64,000 nt of DNA from contig OZ024746.1 in assembly GCA_964016885.1 (NCBI GenBank), positions 47,430,001 to 47,494,000 of the forward strand, given 5' to 3'. This DNA is from Eledone cirrhosa. Taxonomy: Eukaryota. Below, in pieces: positions 40,150 through 54,079 of this stretch. The notes under the pieces are model-generated. The model did not search any database and had not been told where the DNA came from. It was given only the letters and a program-made list of their open reading frames with translations. Positions within the stretch are counted from its first letter, which is position 1, and each line of letters begins with the position of its first letter. The position numbers and the translations under genes are program-made.

Positions 40150-40680
40150 TTGACCCCACAGACCTTCATGGTTTGTTGTGCCGTCAGAATGCTCGTCATT
40201 CCACTCACTATACCGAGCTAAACTTAATTATTAAGCTCGCTCTGGTTCGAGTAAATATCTCCTCAATTCTGGAACCGGTTGAATTGTCTAGAGGTGACAG
40301 GAAGAGACCAAATGGTCTTACCCGTTGTTCTTGGGTAAGAGGCAAGTATCTCATTTAGGAGGCCACACAGTCTGTAACTCTTTGGCTCCTTCCCACATCC
40401 TGGATGCCGCAGTAAATGTGAGAGTCACTGCTTCCGTAGCAGAACGGAATAAAATTTTAAAATACCGAGAATTATTGACAGACTATTTTTCCAGTCTGTA
40501 CCGTTCGAGACGTTTGGAAGAACTGGGCCACTGACAACGAGATTCTTGTTATCGCTGGCGAACTATAAGGTGATGATCATGAGGGTGCTTGGTTGTTCCA
40601 GCGCCTCACCCTCACCCACCGCAACGTTGCCATAGTGTTTTTTGTTTCAAAATGTATTAGAGAGAGGCTCCAGCACCCCT
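40150..40680 (+). mobile_element. Decayed 3' fragment of a CRE-like non-LTR retrotransposon (REL endonuclease)
   Basis: ELNLIIKLAL..ILEPVELSRGDRKRPNGLT..WVRGK, then TVCNSLAPSH..AERNKILKY in another frame. Confidence 0.7.
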
Positions 40681-41464
40681 TACGGTGGTGACCGACTGAC
40701 ACAATTAGTGTTGACTTAATATTTTCTTTCGTTTCAATTCTATATTTTCATGTGAAATATTTATGTAATTAAGTAATAGAGATATATGTATGAATGTGTT
40801 GATTTTTGACAGCTATGACATTTGTGTTTGTAATTTCAAGCTATCTAAATTATGAGCATATTTGTTTGGGAAACAATGTGAATTTTGCTATTCTGTAATT
40901 TCATGTACATCGTTTATTTCAATAACAAAATATTCCTCCTCTAAAAAGAAAACTTAGATCCGCAGTTCTAGGTAAACATGTTTTTCTGCATACTGCACAA
41001 AATTAATCATCCAAACATTTAATTTGATGAATAGTGGATAAAAATTTTGTCTTTTTCTGGAGACGTTTATCAATTTCCAAGGTTCTAATAATGTAAAGAA
41101 AACAAGAGAGAAAGTACGCACATTATGGCCCTGGTAGTGAAAATTAAGGAGTGATAAAGAGAATCGGTGTGCGAGAAAGAAAGTTAGAGAAAAAGATAAT
41201 GTGGAGGAATAAAGACAAGAGAAAGGAAAGAGTGGGAATACGTAAGACACCTGTGAGAGCAGTTAAGATACAGAAACAGATAAACATATGCTGTAAGTTT
41301 AAGATGTGTGTGTGCTCATGTCTATATGTATATATAAGAATGATAAATCATTGAAGTTCCGTTGATGTAATTTAAGTCATTTAATATTCTAAGACGTAAA
41401 ACGAACACTTTTGTTCACATAAATTTCCTCGTTCGTAGAACTCACTATAGGCAATTAATGAAGA

Positions 41465-41635
41465 TAATTGTTTCTACTTTAGGCACAAGGCCAGCAAATA
41501 CCCAGTACATTACTGGTACTTTATTTTATCGACCCCGTAAGGATGAAAGGCAAAGTTAACCTCGGCGGGATTTGAACTCAGACTGTAAAGGGACGTAACT
41601 ATGCTAGAAAGCATGGCGTCCAATCCTCTACCGAA
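41465..41635 (-). mobile_element. tRNA-derived SINE
   Basis: Near-identical to 19217-19402. Confidence 0.85.
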
Positions 41636-44253
41636 TAATTTGTAATATAAATACGAGATCAAAAGTGTTGATGAATGCTGTAGTTGATTTGATTGACTCT
41701 TGTACGTGACTGGTGCGTATGTCATATTATCGACTTACCAAGTGGTACATATTTCATATTTTAGCGACTAAAGGGATTTGTATTGGTGTTATCGAACCCC
41801 AAAAGTACTTTGATCAAAGTCGAATGAGGTAACATTTTATCCGTAAATTAGTCTCAATTCATGCTGTATATGTCGTGATATGCCACTAATGCAATACTCT
41901 TGAAAACGCATCACTCTCTCAACTTAACATTTTCCCATTCTTTTAATATTTTACGTCTAAATATCTCAGCTTTCATGACAATTTTAAAGACATTCACCAT
42001 TATTGTTGTGCTTTGCTATACTTAATTACAGCTCGTTACGTTCTGAATTCAAATTCTGTCGAGGTCAATTATGCCTTCCATCCTTCCGGGGTCAATAAAA
42101 AACAGACCTGCCAACTTCTAAAAACACAAACCAGGAGGACCATGAAACAAAAGTGCATCAAAACTGAAGGAAATGAGGCAAAATGGGGAGATTTTACATA
42201 ATGAAAACTATACCCACCACAAAGCAAATAGATCTTCTCGTCAGACGGGGAGAGTTGACACGTCTGAATAAAATAAAGTACCAGTTCAGTACTGGGGTCT
42301 ATTTAACTGACTTACCCTCGAGCAAAATTGCTGGCCTTGTCCATATGTTAGAACTCATTATTGTTGTTTTAGAAAACACGCAAAAACATTTAATGTAGAA
42401 AAATTACTAAGATTACGAAAAATAGGGCATATTTTTTTAAACACAAATGAGAATTTTGACAACAACAAACATAGTTTTCCAATGAGTGAGCTTGAAAGCT
42501 CACTCAAACTAGTCACTGTAAAATATCAGATCTGGATAACTAACCACACACTTTTTTATGTTTTATACTACAATTCAATGTGTTTAATTTCAATCTAATA
42601 GAGGAACATCTATGCAAATAACAGCCAAATCTAAAAAAAATTCACACCGTACAGTCTTAAAAATAGGTCATATGAGATACTTTATTCATAGATATATTAA
42701 GTCTGGAAAACAAAATTGAATGATAATGCTTTTTAACAAAAGTCTGCTGAATTACAACTGGTTTGGTGCTAAAAAAATATGTTTCATTTCTGGTTACACT
42801 CGAGTGTATATATTCTTAAATATATAGGTACTTATCTTTAGGATTGGAATCCTTATTTCTAACACAGTATCATAATATTCTTAAGAACTACACCATAGTT
42901 CAAAAAGACCAGTCCAACAGTACAAGGACTGCAATTCTAAAAGTAAACGTGTTGGGAGGCTAGTGTTTGACAATCAGAGGCATTATAAGATTTGAGATGA
43001 CTCTTCAGTCTAGCCAAGCATGTGATAACTTCTCTAGTGCTGGTGCCATGATAAAATACACCCAGTTGACCTTATAAAGTGTCAATGTGGGTGTCAGTCT
43101 ACTCTTTAAAGTAGTAGTGCTGGTATCATGAAAATCCCCCCCCCCCCCTCCAATATACTTTGTAAGGAGGTTGGCAAAAGGAAGAGCATTCAGCCATATA
43201 ACCCATGCTAAATATGGAATGTGATGAGCCAAATGAGGTTGCTCTGACCCATCTGGTTTTGGATTGGGACAATCCATCCAAGAATAGAAAATGAACATAT
43301 GATGCTAATGATGATGTTATGTTACATTTCCATACAACAGTTATTAATTTTAGAATATATAAACTCATTTCGGAAATTAGCTTGATCTGGAGAAAAGGGT
43401 AATAACCATAGCTTGTGCAGGCCTTCCGGGATTAGTGAGTTTAAGTTATTAACATTCTTCTTAAGCTATTGCAAGCTGATGACAGCAAGAAAGATATCTG
43501 TAAGGAGAGGTTCCCAGAGAGCCAATATTCTAGGGAGGAAGGATTGGATGTAAAGGTGTGTGACAGGAGGGGGGTTGAGGCATAGGTGATGAGACGAGGT
43601 CAAACAAGTGAATCAGGATTGCTTAAATGGAGGTGGCATGATACCAACCAGCTCCTAGGAACAGAAGCGATTGTAGTAGCAATAGAAAAAATAGAAAGAA
43701 AAGCACCATGTCCGTGGGACAGAAGTTGAAGCATGGCAAATGAATGTTTTTATGTCAATAGGTTATGTGGCCTTTCTCTGGATGCAGTCTAGGTTGTATG
43801 TGTTTCTACCATGTTTGTGTTTTACACGAAGATGCATTCATGAACGCACCGTGTAAAGCAAATTCAGATAATTCAAGTCTTTTATTTCCTATAAATAAAA
43901 GAATTAAAAGCCACACCCATTATAGTGCATTATTCACACAAAGTGAATATTTAATAATATTTTTTCAAGAGGTATTAAAGCGAATTCGTGTACTTCAAGT
44001 TTGCATAAAAACCAAACAGACTGTATGTAGTAACAGGACTGTCCCAGGTGTAAGAACAGTACTTCATTAGGAGGTCTCACCTGGAGTTTGTAAAGGATTA
44101 ATAGTAAGAATAAAAACATCACAAAAATTTACTCAGAAAAATATCGATTTTAATATTTTACTCTAAAAGAAATAACAGAGAATCTCGTGTAAAAGTTGTT
44201 CTTCTAAAATGGTGAAATAAAGACAACTGGGTACAACCAAAAGCTTCTGTATA

Positions 44254-44372
44254 TCACTTATACTTGTAATATCCTTCCCCTGTCTTACGTCCAAGTTTGC
44301 CTTCAGCTACCAACTTATTCAGGAACTCACATGGTTCAAACAATGGATTATCAGGGTAAGATTCATGCCAAC
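44254..44372 (-). CDS. HADH: 3-hydroxyacyl-CoA dehydrogenase, last coding exon (exon 8)
   Basis: cag acceptor; (G)[38 protein letters not shown]; TGA at 44254-44256; phase matches the previous exon. Confidence 0.95.
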
Positions 44373-44625
44373 CTGTTAAAATGTAAAAGAAAAATTATGA
44401 ATATTTAAAAATAATGTGTAAATACAATTGAGTTTGTCAAAACTTTCTAGTTTAGCACATTGTTTCATCATCATCATCATCATTTCATTTTACGTCCGCT
44501 TGCAAGGGTGGGACGGGAACTGATTCTGGCTTGATTTCTACAGCTGGATGCCCTTATGTTTATGTAACTTATTTTATTAGTAATATTGTTGGAGCCGCAG
44601 TGGCATAATCAGTTAGCACAACAGG

Positions 44626-44850
44626 GTGATGGAGGATTTGCAATATTGGTAGAGCATCAGACACCCTGCTTTGCGGCATGGAGTTACGACCCTTTACGTT
44701 CTAACTTCAAATCCTTCTGAGGTTAGCTTTGCCTTTGATCCATACGGGATCAATAAAATAAAGTACCAGTCATGCACTGGGATCGATTTATTCAACTTTC
44801 CCCTCCCACAAAATTGCTGGCCTTATGCCTACATCAGAAACCACTATTAG
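44626..44850 (+). mobile_element. SINE in HADH intron 7
   Basis: Same SINE family motifs. Confidence 0.75.
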
Positions 44851-45743
44851 TAATATTGTTAGGAAGTAGATTGGTAGAGTCGTTAGAGTGTTGGACAAAT
44901 ACTTAGCAGTATTTGTTAAGGCTCATTAAGCTCTGAGTTCAAATTCCATCATGGTCAACTTTGTCTTTGATCATACTGAAATTGTGGGCCTTTTTTTAAA
45001 TTAGAAATTATTATTAACACTGCTTTTGTATCAACAAAGACTGGGTTTGTGAATTAACTTGCATCAGATCGATCCCTACCAAAAATATATAATTTCCCAC
45101 CACAACTTTTAAATTCACTTAGGCTTCAGGTAAGAAAATATACTGTTTTTTTTATGCTGGAGGACATAGAAAGGAAGAGCAATAGGATAAGAAGAATATA
45201 CTGCAAAATGTGTCAAGATTTAGATCAGTAATGGGCAAACTGCAGCTTTCAAAATGCTGTGCCCAATTTCAAAATTACTTCGAATTTTTTAATAGTGCAG
45301 CCTGCCTTACGATGAGTCATATCACATGCAGCCCATCAATAAAAAAAAGGTTGCCCATGGTTTAGATAATAAATATTATGTCTAATATTACTCTTTATCA
45401 ATATAAATTTGAGATAGAAAAGAGAGCAAGAGGTTCACAGACAAAACTTGAGCCATGTATTAACCACATGTTGGATGACAGCATTTTGTTTTCTTTAATT
45501 GTTAGATCTAGAAGAAGGGACAGTGCCCTTGGCCTTTGCAGACCCTCTATGACAGATAAGAGCGAGAAGGATATGTGTGTATGTGCATATTATAGCTGCC
45601 ATTACTACTACAATGTCGATGAATTTGACCCCTTGACTACTACTGTTACTATCGCCATTGCTACTGCTACTATTACAACTACCAGTATTACTGCAACTAC
45701 CACCCCAACAACCAATACCCCTGCAACTACCACAGTTTCTACA

Positions 45744-45830
45744 GATTATGTAGGCTTGGAGACATACAAATTTATTCTGGATGGTAGTATCATGATAACA
45801 TTGTTTTCATTTCCTTCCTTCCTAGGAATT
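45744..45830 (+). repeat. Inverted duplication of the HADH exon 7 3' end and intron 7 start (partner at 46082-46169)
   Basis: 87/88-bp arms with 8 differences counted by eye and a 251-nt spacer. Confidence 0.92.
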
Positions 45831-46129
45831 GTACAATTGAGTTCAAATCCCACCAAAATTAACTTTCATCCTTTTGGAATGTATAATGTACAAATCAAGT
45901 ACTTGGCTGGGATTGATTCTCACTCTCTCTCTATATATACATATTTCTGTCTTTCTCATACACACATATCACGCACACACACACACACAACAACAATGAA
46001 GAAATCAGCTGTGGTCAGATCTGAATTTAGATGCTTAAGATACAATGTATGTCACAAGAGTGTCCCATTAACTCTATTAAGAATTCCTAGGAAGGAAGAA
46101 AATGAAAATAATGCTATCTTGTTACTTAC

Positions 46130-46246
46130 CATCCAGAATAAATTTGCATGTATCCAAGCCTACATAATCGGATAATTCAAATGGACCCATGGGATAACCA
46201 GCTCCGAGTTTCATGGCAATATCGATATCTTCAGGACTTGCATCAC
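46130..46246 (-). CDS. HADH: HADH exon 7 (117 bp)
   Basis: cag..gtaagt; (G)[38 protein letters not shown](G). Confidence 0.97.
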
Positions 46247-47807
46247 CTGGATAAAAGGAAAATATGAAAGATGTGAAAGTTTAGTCTGTATTACATAGGA
46301 AAAGAAAAGATTTACCCAAGAGGTTCTCACTAACTCATCCTATGCATTGTTGGGTCTGCTTTCACAACTTCCATCTACTGAGATTTCTCTGCACCTCTTT
46401 ATACAGTTGTCTTCTTCCATACACATCACAAATCTATACCAACATAATCTTCTCTCTGGAACACTACATCCATAAAATGACAATCTTCCTAGTGTTTGGT
46501 GATCAACATGATAAATGCACCCAGCACACTCTGTAAAGAGGTTGGTGACAGAAACAGCATCCAACTGTAGCAAACTTGCCAAAAAGAAGGGTCTGAAGGA
46601 TTCTTCACCTGTGTCAATGACATCATCCTAGTGCGATAATAAGATGCACTCAGGGGATCATGGGAACATTTTGTAAGTGAGCTGCAGGCTCCTGGAAGAG
46701 CTGCAGGCTCTCGGAAGAGTGAAAGAACAAGTGAGATGTAGGCTCCTGGCCCATCTGAGAGATCAGTAGCTTCACTGTGTACTGATTTGGTCTGTGATAA
46801 CCCACCCAACCCTTGCTAACAGGGAAAACAGACATTGAATAATGATGATGATGATGATGAAGATGAAGGGACAGTAAGCATGACTTTTGCAGTCCATCGA
46901 AGAGCAATATGATTGATATGGTTAATATTCAAATTGAACATCTGTAAGCTGACATCTGCAGAAACATCATTAAAGGTTGAAATTCTAACAAAAATTTACT
47001 GCCATTATTTTTTAATTATCAAAATAATCAACTGTTTGAACAATTTAGTGAAATAACTAACTTTTAATTTAAAAGACAAATATTCAACTACTGAAATATA
47101 TTATCTGGTATGTAATACTAAGATAGTCCACTTTAACAGAGGCAGCTTTTGGTGGGTTGGTATTTAAACCGGCTGTATCTGGCCAGAATTCTCCCACCTA
47201 TTTCTGTTCAAACCAGCCATAACTGGCTGCTCATACTGATATTAAGGTATTTCCAGAGAGACCTGCCTATATGCAAATTGTAAATGATATATAATAAATA
47301 GAATCGTTAGTTTATATATAATAAATAATATAATATATACTATATATAAATATATATTATATATTTTTATTTTACTATATTTATATATAATATGTATCAT
47401 TTGATATCTAACATACTATTATATCATCTCTACCATCCCCTTATGCTGCAGTGACCCCTAGACATTCTCAACGCGCCCTGAGGAACGGTAGCACCCACTT
47501 TGTGAACCTTTGCACAATACATAGCTATACATACACTGAACATTGCTATCTTGTTAGTACTTTATCATATTTTATATCATGGGTAGTTTACTGCAGCAAC
47601 TAAATATTTAGAATGCTGAAGTTAAATATCAGATATGTAAACGATATTGTAACTTTTCGCAATATCAATCTCCATTCACAGACAGTTTTTGCAATATCCA
47701 CACCTACATGAGGTTTCAATTGGTCTGCTTTTTAACAGAAACTTAGTGTAGGTGTAAATATTAATATTTATATCTCCAAATATGAGGTTGACATAAAAAA
47801 AAAAATG

Positions 47808-49168
47808 CTCTCATACACAACAGTTAATCATCTGGTTAATGTCTCTCATAAGCAACTGTTTGCCATCTGGCTAACATCTCTCATACACAACAGTTAATCA
47901 TCTGGTTAATGTCTCTCATAAGCAACTGTTTGCCATCTGGTTAATGTCTCTCATAAGCAACTGTTTGCCATCTGGCTAATATCTCTCATATACAACAGTT
48001 AATCATCTGATTAATGTCTCTCATAAGCAACTGTTTGCCATCTGGCTAATATCTCTCATATACAACAGTTAATCATCTGGTTAATGTCTCTCATAAGCAA
48101 CTGTTTGCCATCTGGCTAATATCTCTCATATACAACAGTTAATCATCTGGTTAATGTCTCTCATATACAACAGTTAATCATCTGGTTAATGTCTCTCATA
48201 AGCAACTGTTTGCCATCTGGTTAACATCTCTCATATACAACTGTTAATCATCTGGTTAATGTCTCTCATAAGCAACTGTTTGCCATCTGGCTAACATCTC
48301 TCATATACAACTGTTAATCATCTGGTTCATGTCTCTCATAAGCAACTGTTTGCCATCTGGCTAACATCTCTCATACACAACAGTTAATCATCTGATAATG
48401 TCTCTCAAAAGCAACTGTTTGCCATCTGGCTAACATCTCTCATATACAACTGTTAATCATCTGGTTCATGTCTCTCATAAGCAACTGTTTGCCATCTGGC
48501 TAACATCTCTCATATACAACAGTTAATCATCTGGTTAATGTCTCTCATAAGCAACTGTTTGCCATCTGGCTAACATCTCTCATACACAACAGTTAATCAT
48601 CTGGTTAATGTCTCTCATAAGCAACTGTTTGCCATCTGGCTAACATCTCTCATATACAATAGTTAATCATCTGGTTAATGTCTCTCATAAGCAACTGTTT
48701 GCCATCTGGCTAACATCTCTCATATACAACTGTTAATCATCTGGTTAATGTCTCTCATAAGCAACTGTTTGCCATCTGGCTAACATCTCTCATATACAAC
48801 TGTTAATCATCTGGTTAATGTCTCTCATAAGCAACTGTTTACCATCTGGCTAACATCTCTCATACACAACAGTTAATCATCTGGTTAATGTCTCTCATAA
48901 GCAACTGTTTGCCATCTGGCTAACATCTCTCATATACAACAGTTAATCATCTGGTTAATGTCTCTCATAAGCAACTGTTTGCCATCTGGCTAACATCTCT
49001 CATACACAACTGTTAATCATATGGTTCATGTTTCTCATAAGCAACTGTTTGCCATCTGGCTAACATCTCTCATATACAACAGTTAATCATCTGGTTAATG
49101 TCTCTCATAAGCAACTGTTTGCCATCTGGCTAACATCTCTCATATACAACTGTTAATCATATGGTTAA
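47808..49168. repeat. Minisatellite: two 35-bp subunit types mostly alternating as a 70-bp dimer
   Basis: tctctcatayacaacwgttaatcatctggttaatg and tctctcataagcaactgtttgccatctggctaaca, about 39 subunits, in HADH intron 6. Confidence 0.95.
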
Positions 49169-49879
49169 CTTTCAGAATTACATAACTTATTCATAGTTAA
49201 GTATTCTTAGGCAACATGAGCATCATGTTAGGAGAAATTTCTTTGCATACAGTGTGGTCTCAACTTTTTCAAACCACAGCCTAGCATATGCTATTGTTTA
49301 TCCCTACATTGCTCCTAACCATTCCATCTTATTTTCAGGAATAGTGTACCCAGAATTGCATTATCCAGAGTATCCTTTTCTCAAGAAATAATGTAAAATT
49401 TGAGGCATATTTGGTTGTTATTTTTAGCAGATGTAACAGTTGAGTAGATGCTTTTTTGGCAGCTTTTCATCAGTTTCGATATGAGGTGGCAATATCAACA
49501 AACTTGAATCCAAACAAGGAGGTTGATGTGATCTCTTGGCATGCGGACAGTCCACCTTCTACACTAGCATGGATTAGACGGGTTGTCCCATTTGAGGAAA
49601 GTTAGATCAGGTGACTGTATCCAGCTCATACAGAACTGTTTCTGGCTAGATTTCTACAGCTGGATGTCCTTCCTAATGCCAACCACATTTACAGTATGTG
49701 CTGGGTTCTTTTTGCTGTGACTCCTACACAACCACTTTACAAAGTGGGCTGGGTGTTTTTTGTTGTGACACCAACACAACCACTTTACAGTGTGGACTGG
49801 GTGCTTTTTGTCTACAAGACAATTCTCACTCCTCTTCTCATATATTGTCATCATCATTTAACGTCCATTTTATATAATA

Positions 49880-50548
49880 CTAGCTGGCCCATCTGGCTGG
49901 CGTCCGGCTAGGTATACCAGCATTTTATCTTTTCAGGATTCTCCCCTCCACTCCAGTGCAAAGATACCACACACCCTCTCACGTCAGCGAGGGTGGGGAG
50001 GTTAACGTGCTCTGATGTTGGGTTTGAATAGTTTTTAGGATTCCCCAGTTCAGCAGCCAGTACGTTAAAGAAAATTGATAGTTACAACAATAAAGGTTGA
50101 ACAGAGAACAAATTTTTTTAACAAACTTTACAATAATTTGTACAACCATAATGGAAATTCCAAGTAACAGAAATTATATTGTTAGAGCCTCAGAGTATAC
50201 AATATTTTTTGTTCAGCCCTCAGGAGCAAAGATGAAGAGATTGTTTGGCGAACTCACCCTAGAGCATCCTCCATAGAATTGACCATGAGAGAAGCATGGT
50301 TTTCCCAGATGAAGGCCAGCCACTGTTAGGGTTTGACCCTGAGCTTTGTTGATGGTAATCGCGAAGCTTAGTCTCTCTGTTGCTCTAGTAACATTTTTTT
50401 CTTCTGGAAAATCTGATCTTGCAGCCAGGCTGGGATTGTTTGGGTGGCATATCAGCAGTAACAATGACGATAAGCCGGCTGAGCTTTCGTGAAATAAATA
50501 CGTTGTTTATATTTTGGTTTTTGTATATGCAAAAATATCTGTACACGA

Positions 50549-50581
<33 letters not shown>

Positions 50582-51063
50582 TAACAGATTACCTTTAATG
50601 GGATCTTCTGAAACTAAAAAAATCAATCTGTGAACACAGAAGTAAATATTTCGAAAAACGTTGTAACCGAAGTAAAACAGGAAGACGATACTTTAGTTCG
50701 TAGACAGACAGATATTATAAGCGTGCGACGTTATAGCTATGTATCTAATGCAGACAGACAGACATACAGACATATTATAAGGGCGCGACGTTATAGCTAT
50801 GTATCTATCTAAAAAGACAGACTAAGAAAGAGAGGGGAATGTCGTATAACCGGAAGTGGTGACATTTGAAAATTTTAAAGAAGTGAATATTTAAATAAAC
50901 GCTAAAATATCTTTAATCTTTTAACGAAATTTAGAAGACAAAAATACCCTCACTTTCTTACTTGGAAAAAGTTACATCTATGGTGCAAATTTGGTGCTGT
51001 TTGATTCAGTCGTTTGGAGAAAAGTTTGTTACATACATACGGCCGTCAGCTTTATAATATAGA
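49880..51063 (-). mobile_element. Non-autonomous Helitron with a PIF1-type helicase remnant
   Basis: The minus strand starts TCTATATTATAAAG and ends with a GC-rich segment plus CTAG, inserted between A and T. 50213-50372 encodes RLSFAITINKAQGQTL..GLHLGKPCFSHGQFYGGCSRV. Confidence 0.85.
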
Positions 51064-52675
51064 TATGACAGGATGGTCATCATCGAAACGCCTTTGATCA
51101 TTCTACTACAACATAAGGATTTTGATTTTCATTTCACCATGAATTGTTTCCCTTTAACCATAGACAATTTGCTTTTATGAATGTATGTACATATATGTGG
51201 TGTGTTTGTGTATAGATGTATGATCTATTCATATGATTGTGTCTATATATGTGATCTATTAATGTGTGTATGTGTAAATGTACTTTAGTGCCAGTGTGCA
51301 TGAATATGTGTATGCGTATGAGAATTATTATGTGATGAACGTGTGTATGGATAGTGTTGTGTGTGCGTATGTGTGTAGTGAGTATGTATAATATGTATGT
51401 GTGTATGAATGAATATAAGCAGTAAACAAATAAACGTTTATTGTTACTGTTAGCCACAGGTCAACCATGATCAAATATTTGCTAGCGATGTCCATCCAGT
51501 CTTTTTGATTAACCTCTTCAGTGTCATAGATGAGATAACTCGTTTTATCATGTATGCATTCCAGTGCCACAGATGAGATAACTCGTCCTAACATGTTTGA
51601 ACTCTTTTCCAATAGTTCATAACTTCAAAGTTATGAACTTGTTTCCAACAGTTCATAACTTCAAAGTTATGAACTCGTTTCCAACAGTTCATAACTTCAA
51701 AGCTAGATGGGGTTACTAGTTTATTGATGTGACGTTTGTCAATCATTCAGATATGTGTTGTTAATAAATGTTTGTTTTAAATAACAGTCATTTTACTGAA
51801 AAAAAAACCTGGCAAAGCAACTATAGCTGTGCAAAAGATATGCGGCAGTCAACTGGTTAATGTATCCATCCCTTTTTAAGACATCAGCATCAGTTCCCAC
51901 AACTGGTGCAGCCATTCGTTGGGGTGGCACCCTAGACATTTTCACAATTATGTCCGGTCCTTGATGATGTCAGATCAGGATTTTCTTTGACTACCTCTTC
52001 TTTGCCCTCCCTCACTTTTTAAAGCATAAAGGGATAAGTAATTGACTAAAAAATTCAGATGATTATCTGAAAGAGTGAAACATGCCACCATCATGTAGGT
52101 AGGTGGGTGAACAAAACATGGAAAAATATATAAGAACCAAAAGCTTTTAACTCTTTAGCATTTACATTACTGTATATTTAATTGTATTTTCACCGTAAAC
52201 ACTTTATCTCATATATCGAATCTACAAGATTTTGATATTATTCATTTTGAGAACAATACCTTAACATAAGTATGAGCAGCTGGTTACGGCTAGTTTGAAC
52301 AGAAAAAGGTGAGAGAATTCTGGCCAGATACAGCTGGTTTAAATGCTAAAGGGTTAAGTCATGGGAAAATTTCAAGACAGTGATAACGGAAGTAGGGATT
52401 GTGAGCTTTTTAGGCTTTAACAATTCTGAAGAATTTCAGCTTTGAAAATAAAACACTATCATTTACCCTTATTCTATTAGTTTTTATTTATAGTCAAGCA
52501 TTTTTTTTTTAATGAAATATTTTTAATGAAATATTTTCTTCTATAGCTTAATTGCTTTGTTTTTCTTGCAAAAATACACTACTGTAATAATTGTTTCAAC
52601 TTTTGGCACAAGGCCAGCAATTACCCAGTACATTACTGGTGCTTTATTTTATCGACCCCGTAAGGATGAAAGGCA

Positions 52676-52990
52676 ATGTCTAGTAGGGTGAAGAAGTGCC
52701 AAGAAATTCCAGTGGAAGTAAGCTGCAATAGAGGCAGACCAAAGAAGACCTGGGCAGAGATGGTGAGAGCTGATCTCAAATCACTGAGACTCACAGAGGA
52801 GATGACAAAGGAACACAGCGAGTGGAAAGATGCTGTACGGAGAGGACCAGTCCAATATACTGTATGGAAGAGGACTGGTCAAACCCATGAAAGCATGGAA
52901 AAATGGGTGTATGATGATGATAATGACGATGATAATGATGATGATGATGATAATGACGATGATTATTATGATGATGATGATGATGATGAT
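52676..52990 (+). mobile_element. RTE-like LINE 3' tail ending in (GAT)n, fused to a truncated SINE
   Basis: RGRPKKTWAEMVRADL..LTEEMTK..WKDAV motif. Related remnants lie at ~46340, 54590-54740, 57090-57290 and 57930-58060. Confidence 0.65.
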
Positions 52991-53926
52991 CACAAGGTAT
53001 GTTTTAGATAAATGACCAGTTTGTTTTCTCTGGATTCAACTGTATTGGAAGTTCATCTTTTTATAGAATGTTTTCTATAAAAATGACTACTGCAGTGTGG
53101 ACTGTGCTCTTTATACTTAACTTTTAGCACACTAGAAATTATGAATTGCTTCCCTTGACACTGCATTATGTATTAAGGGGAGATTACTCTATTCGCAACA
53201 TTATGTGCCTAGAGCATGCTGACAACTTTTTTTCCTGGATATTCCCCACTGAACAACTTCGTGTAGATGCCTTGATAAAATGCACTCTGTAGAATGCAGG
53301 ATCATAAGTCAGGCCCCCAACCACCTGGAGGACAATGGCTCCACTTGAGTACTGACCGGTTTGTAACAACAGATTGTTTATATGGCATATATAAGCCAAC
53401 CTCACCCCCAGCAGGAAAACATGTTAAACAATGACGATGTTGACAATGATGAAATGAGATAAGATTTTATAAGTTACTTATTTATTAGTGAGACCCATGG
53501 AAATTCTATTTTTTATAAATTCCCGTTTTTATTTTGCTGCTTAGATTTAGATTATGTTTTCAATTCTGTTACATAGTTTTATAGTAATAGTGTCATGACA
53601 AAAGGCACCCAGTCCACCCTGTAAGATGGTAGTGCCAGGGTCATAATAAAATGCTCATAGTATTCACTGTAATGTGGTTGGCATTAAGAAGGGCGAGCAG
53701 CCATAAAAACAAAAATGGAACATACAAGCAAAATGCAGTCACCTGACCAGACAAACTCCAGTATATGATAACTCATACATGCATGGAAAATAGAGGTTAA
53801 ATAATGAGGATGATGATGAAAATGTAACAATAGAACATACATCTTGATTAACAGAACAATATTATAGGTAATGCTCTATATACATGTTGATATAGTGCAG
53901 TGTAAAAGCAATACAGTTTAATACTA

Positions 53927-54079
<153 letters not shown>

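Noticed and set aside
45378-46175. 265-aa plus-strand ORF
   Set aside because: A patchwork of a Thr-like trinucleotide repeat, the inverted HADH exon copy (DYVGLETYKFILDG) and a SINE fragment, antisense within an intron.
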